A stretch of DNA of 64,000 nt. Origin: Dicyema japonicum (taxonomy: Eukaryota > Animalia > Dicyemida). This document shows positions 62,170 to 64,000 of the stretch, one piece after another (the first letter of the stretch is position 1; each line of letters begins with the position of its first letter). Where the stretch lies: assembly GCA_011109175.1 (NCBI GenBank), contig RDEW01000004.1, positions 1,140,030-1,204,029 on the forward strand. Reading direction: 5' to 3'. Made by a program: the position numbers and the translations under genes. The notes under the pieces are model-generated. The model worked only from the letters and a program-made list of their open reading frames with translations. It was not told where the DNA came from and made no database searches.

Positions 62170-62745
62170 TTTTATTTTTAAGGAAAAAGGCTCTCATCTT
62201 TTCTCGGTGTTGATCCCTTGAGCCTACACAAGTTCGTTGCGGACGAGCACTTTTTTTTGGCATTGGTGTCCATTCTTGTTTTTTCGATTAGTTTCTCCAT
62301 GGGCGTCGGTGATTTGATGTTTTCCCTTGTGTACCATATCTCCGTTAGTTTGAAGGTTATTTCCTGGGTTGCGGAGATTTTCTGGATGTTCGTATAAAAG
62401 GCCAGTGGTCCCCATGAAGTACACGCATATGAAATGCATGGTTCGATGTACTGTGAGTAGAGCGTTTTAAGTATAGGGTATGTCCAATTTTGCATAGACC
62501 TGTTAGGCATTTCAGAAGGTTGATTTTCTTCTCACATTTGTTCAGCACGTTAGTGACATGTCTCGTGAAGTTCATGTGCGTATAGAAAGTAAGACCCAAT
62601 ATTTTTTGCCATTTGCTGAACGGCAATTCTCTTCCCTCCGCAGTAACTTATATTGTCCTGTTCGACAATCTTTTGTCCGAGGTATAGAGTTGTAACAGAT
62701 TTTTCGATATTGATTGACCACTCGAGTAGTCGATCCATGTGGTGT
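62170..62745 (-). mobile_element. Ingi/Vingi-like LINE fragment
   Basis: Near-identical to 10970-11530 (ILGLTFYTHMNF, LYSQYIEPCISYACTSWG). Confidence 0.85.
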
Positions 62746-63379
62746 TGTATTATTAAAGTAATACTCCATTCCCAATTTTTTATTATTAGAATTTATAATA
62801 TTTTCTTTATAACTTCTTATTGAAGTAATGAATTCTGCATCATTGCCATTTTCAATGTTTTCTGGAGGATAATTTTCAATCTCTCTCTTAATTTTAAAAG
62901 CATTTCAGCCTTGTTTAATGACTCGTGTACTTCTACACAACCGGATTCTTCCTGTTCCTCAATAGCAATTAATTTCTCATCTTCATCAATTGCCTCCTCT
63001 TCACTGTAATCAATAAACTTCTTCCATTTCAATAGGATCATAAATATCTGTTCTGGATACGACTTCCTCTGTTACATTTATGTTAGTAAGTTCTGATTCG
63101 TATTCTGTACGTTCTAGACGATTAAAACAGTTTGAAATTGTTTGAAATTTGACATCTTCCCATGCCATTTTACAAACAATACAGTATCCCTAAGATTTAG
63201 CTTATATGATTCATATACTCAGTTCTTCTCGCAGTCCAATATAACTGTTAAATATAATAATTTGTGCCTTGTAAAATGAACTTTGAAAGATTCGATGATT
63301 CCAAGATCCATAGGTTGAATAAGTCCTGTACTTTGAAATAAACATAATTTTAATATTTTCCAGATAAAGAGGTGGGTAA

Positions 63380-63720
63380 TGGATATTGGGCAATTATTCG
63401 TTAATAAAAAAATTGATCTTTTTTCAATAGATTGTTATAATTCGTAATCCAATTCGCGAAAATTTTAAGTCATCCATGCTTTTTTAGAATTGTAATAAGA
63501 AACTAAGGAATTATTATCATTATTTTTGAAACATCGGGCATCTTTGGTTTCCCGATTAATAGTTGCTTTAACTTATGTGTCCCTGAGATATTGGCGCAAA
63601 GTATGACTGAAGCTCTATCTTTGAAATTTTTATATCCACCGAAAGATGATTTGCAAATATTCCGAGAAGGAATCAATTTATAAATATAAAACCAAACTAA
63701 TAATTTTGTGATCTTGACGC
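63380..63720 (-). mobile_element. Tigger/pogo-like DDE transposase remnant
   Basis: KDRASVILCANISGTHKLKQLLIGK matches the Tigger DDE_1 N-terminal motif. Confidence 0.7.
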
Positions 63721-63945
63721 GTTCCATTAGAGCCAACATCTAAGCATACTGATCCAGAGGACATTATCGAGAAGTTGAGGTTGATGCTAAAACTCGTTAC
63801 CAGGGAGGGAAATTGTCTCCCAGGGAATGAGTAGATGGATCTTTTTGAATGCCGGCCAGGCGTCTCCTGAGTAAGGTGGATCCAATGACGCCACCAGAAT
63901 AAGAGAAATCTTGAATCAATTAGTAATATGACACCACGTGGCCTT
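63720..63945 (-). mobile_element. Family N non-autonomous element (copy N3, 3'-truncated)
   Basis: CGTGGTGTCAT...CTAATTGATT.AAGATTTCT...GTGGCGTCATTGGATCC...GACGCC...AAAAAGATCCA aligns to N1 with compensatory changes. Confidence 0.7.
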
Positions 63946-64000
63946 TTAATTTAAATTTAGCTGTTATTCTTCACTGTACGTCATCGATGGAAATAAGGTC

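Overview
AT-rich eukaryotic nuclear DNA. It holds a few compact, intron-rich host genes separated by a dense, nested field of mostly decayed retrotransposons. Host genes supported by manual splicing are three tandem paralogous transmembrane mucin-like genes (1-5624, minus), MAD1, an ECO1/ESCO acetyltransferase, XPG/RAD2, an STE20/GCKIII-type kinase, DNAJC9 and DDX52/ROK1. Every intron I could resolve is only 22-31 nt. One is GC-AG and one appears to be GT-TG. Mobile DNA includes many copies of a ~3-kb single-ORF APE-RT LINE (Ingi/Vingi-like layout), RTE-clade LINEs (one with a 93-bp target duplication), CRE-clade fragments, a CR1/L2-like derivative, two tRNA-headed SINE families, Tigger/pogo remnants and a 1.1-kb foldback element. 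The most interesting signal is a coherent retroelement system. It combines (i) a covarying HDV-ribozyme-like nested pseudoknot at the LINE 5' end that recurs in a family of short non-coding elements, (ii) an AUG-less leader ending in a viral-type 2A (DxExNPGP) motif just before the endonuclease, and (iii) a shared 3' stem-loop + GGGGTTAATAA tail used by LINEs, non-autonomous derivatives and a tRNA-SINE. This parallels the trypanosomatid L1Tc/ingi-NARTc/RIME/SIDER layout but with a non-canonical fold. Several single-base indels at homopolymers in conserved genes suggest unpolished assembly errors. All structures and family assignments were made by eye, with no database search or folding software. 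The organism is not identified.
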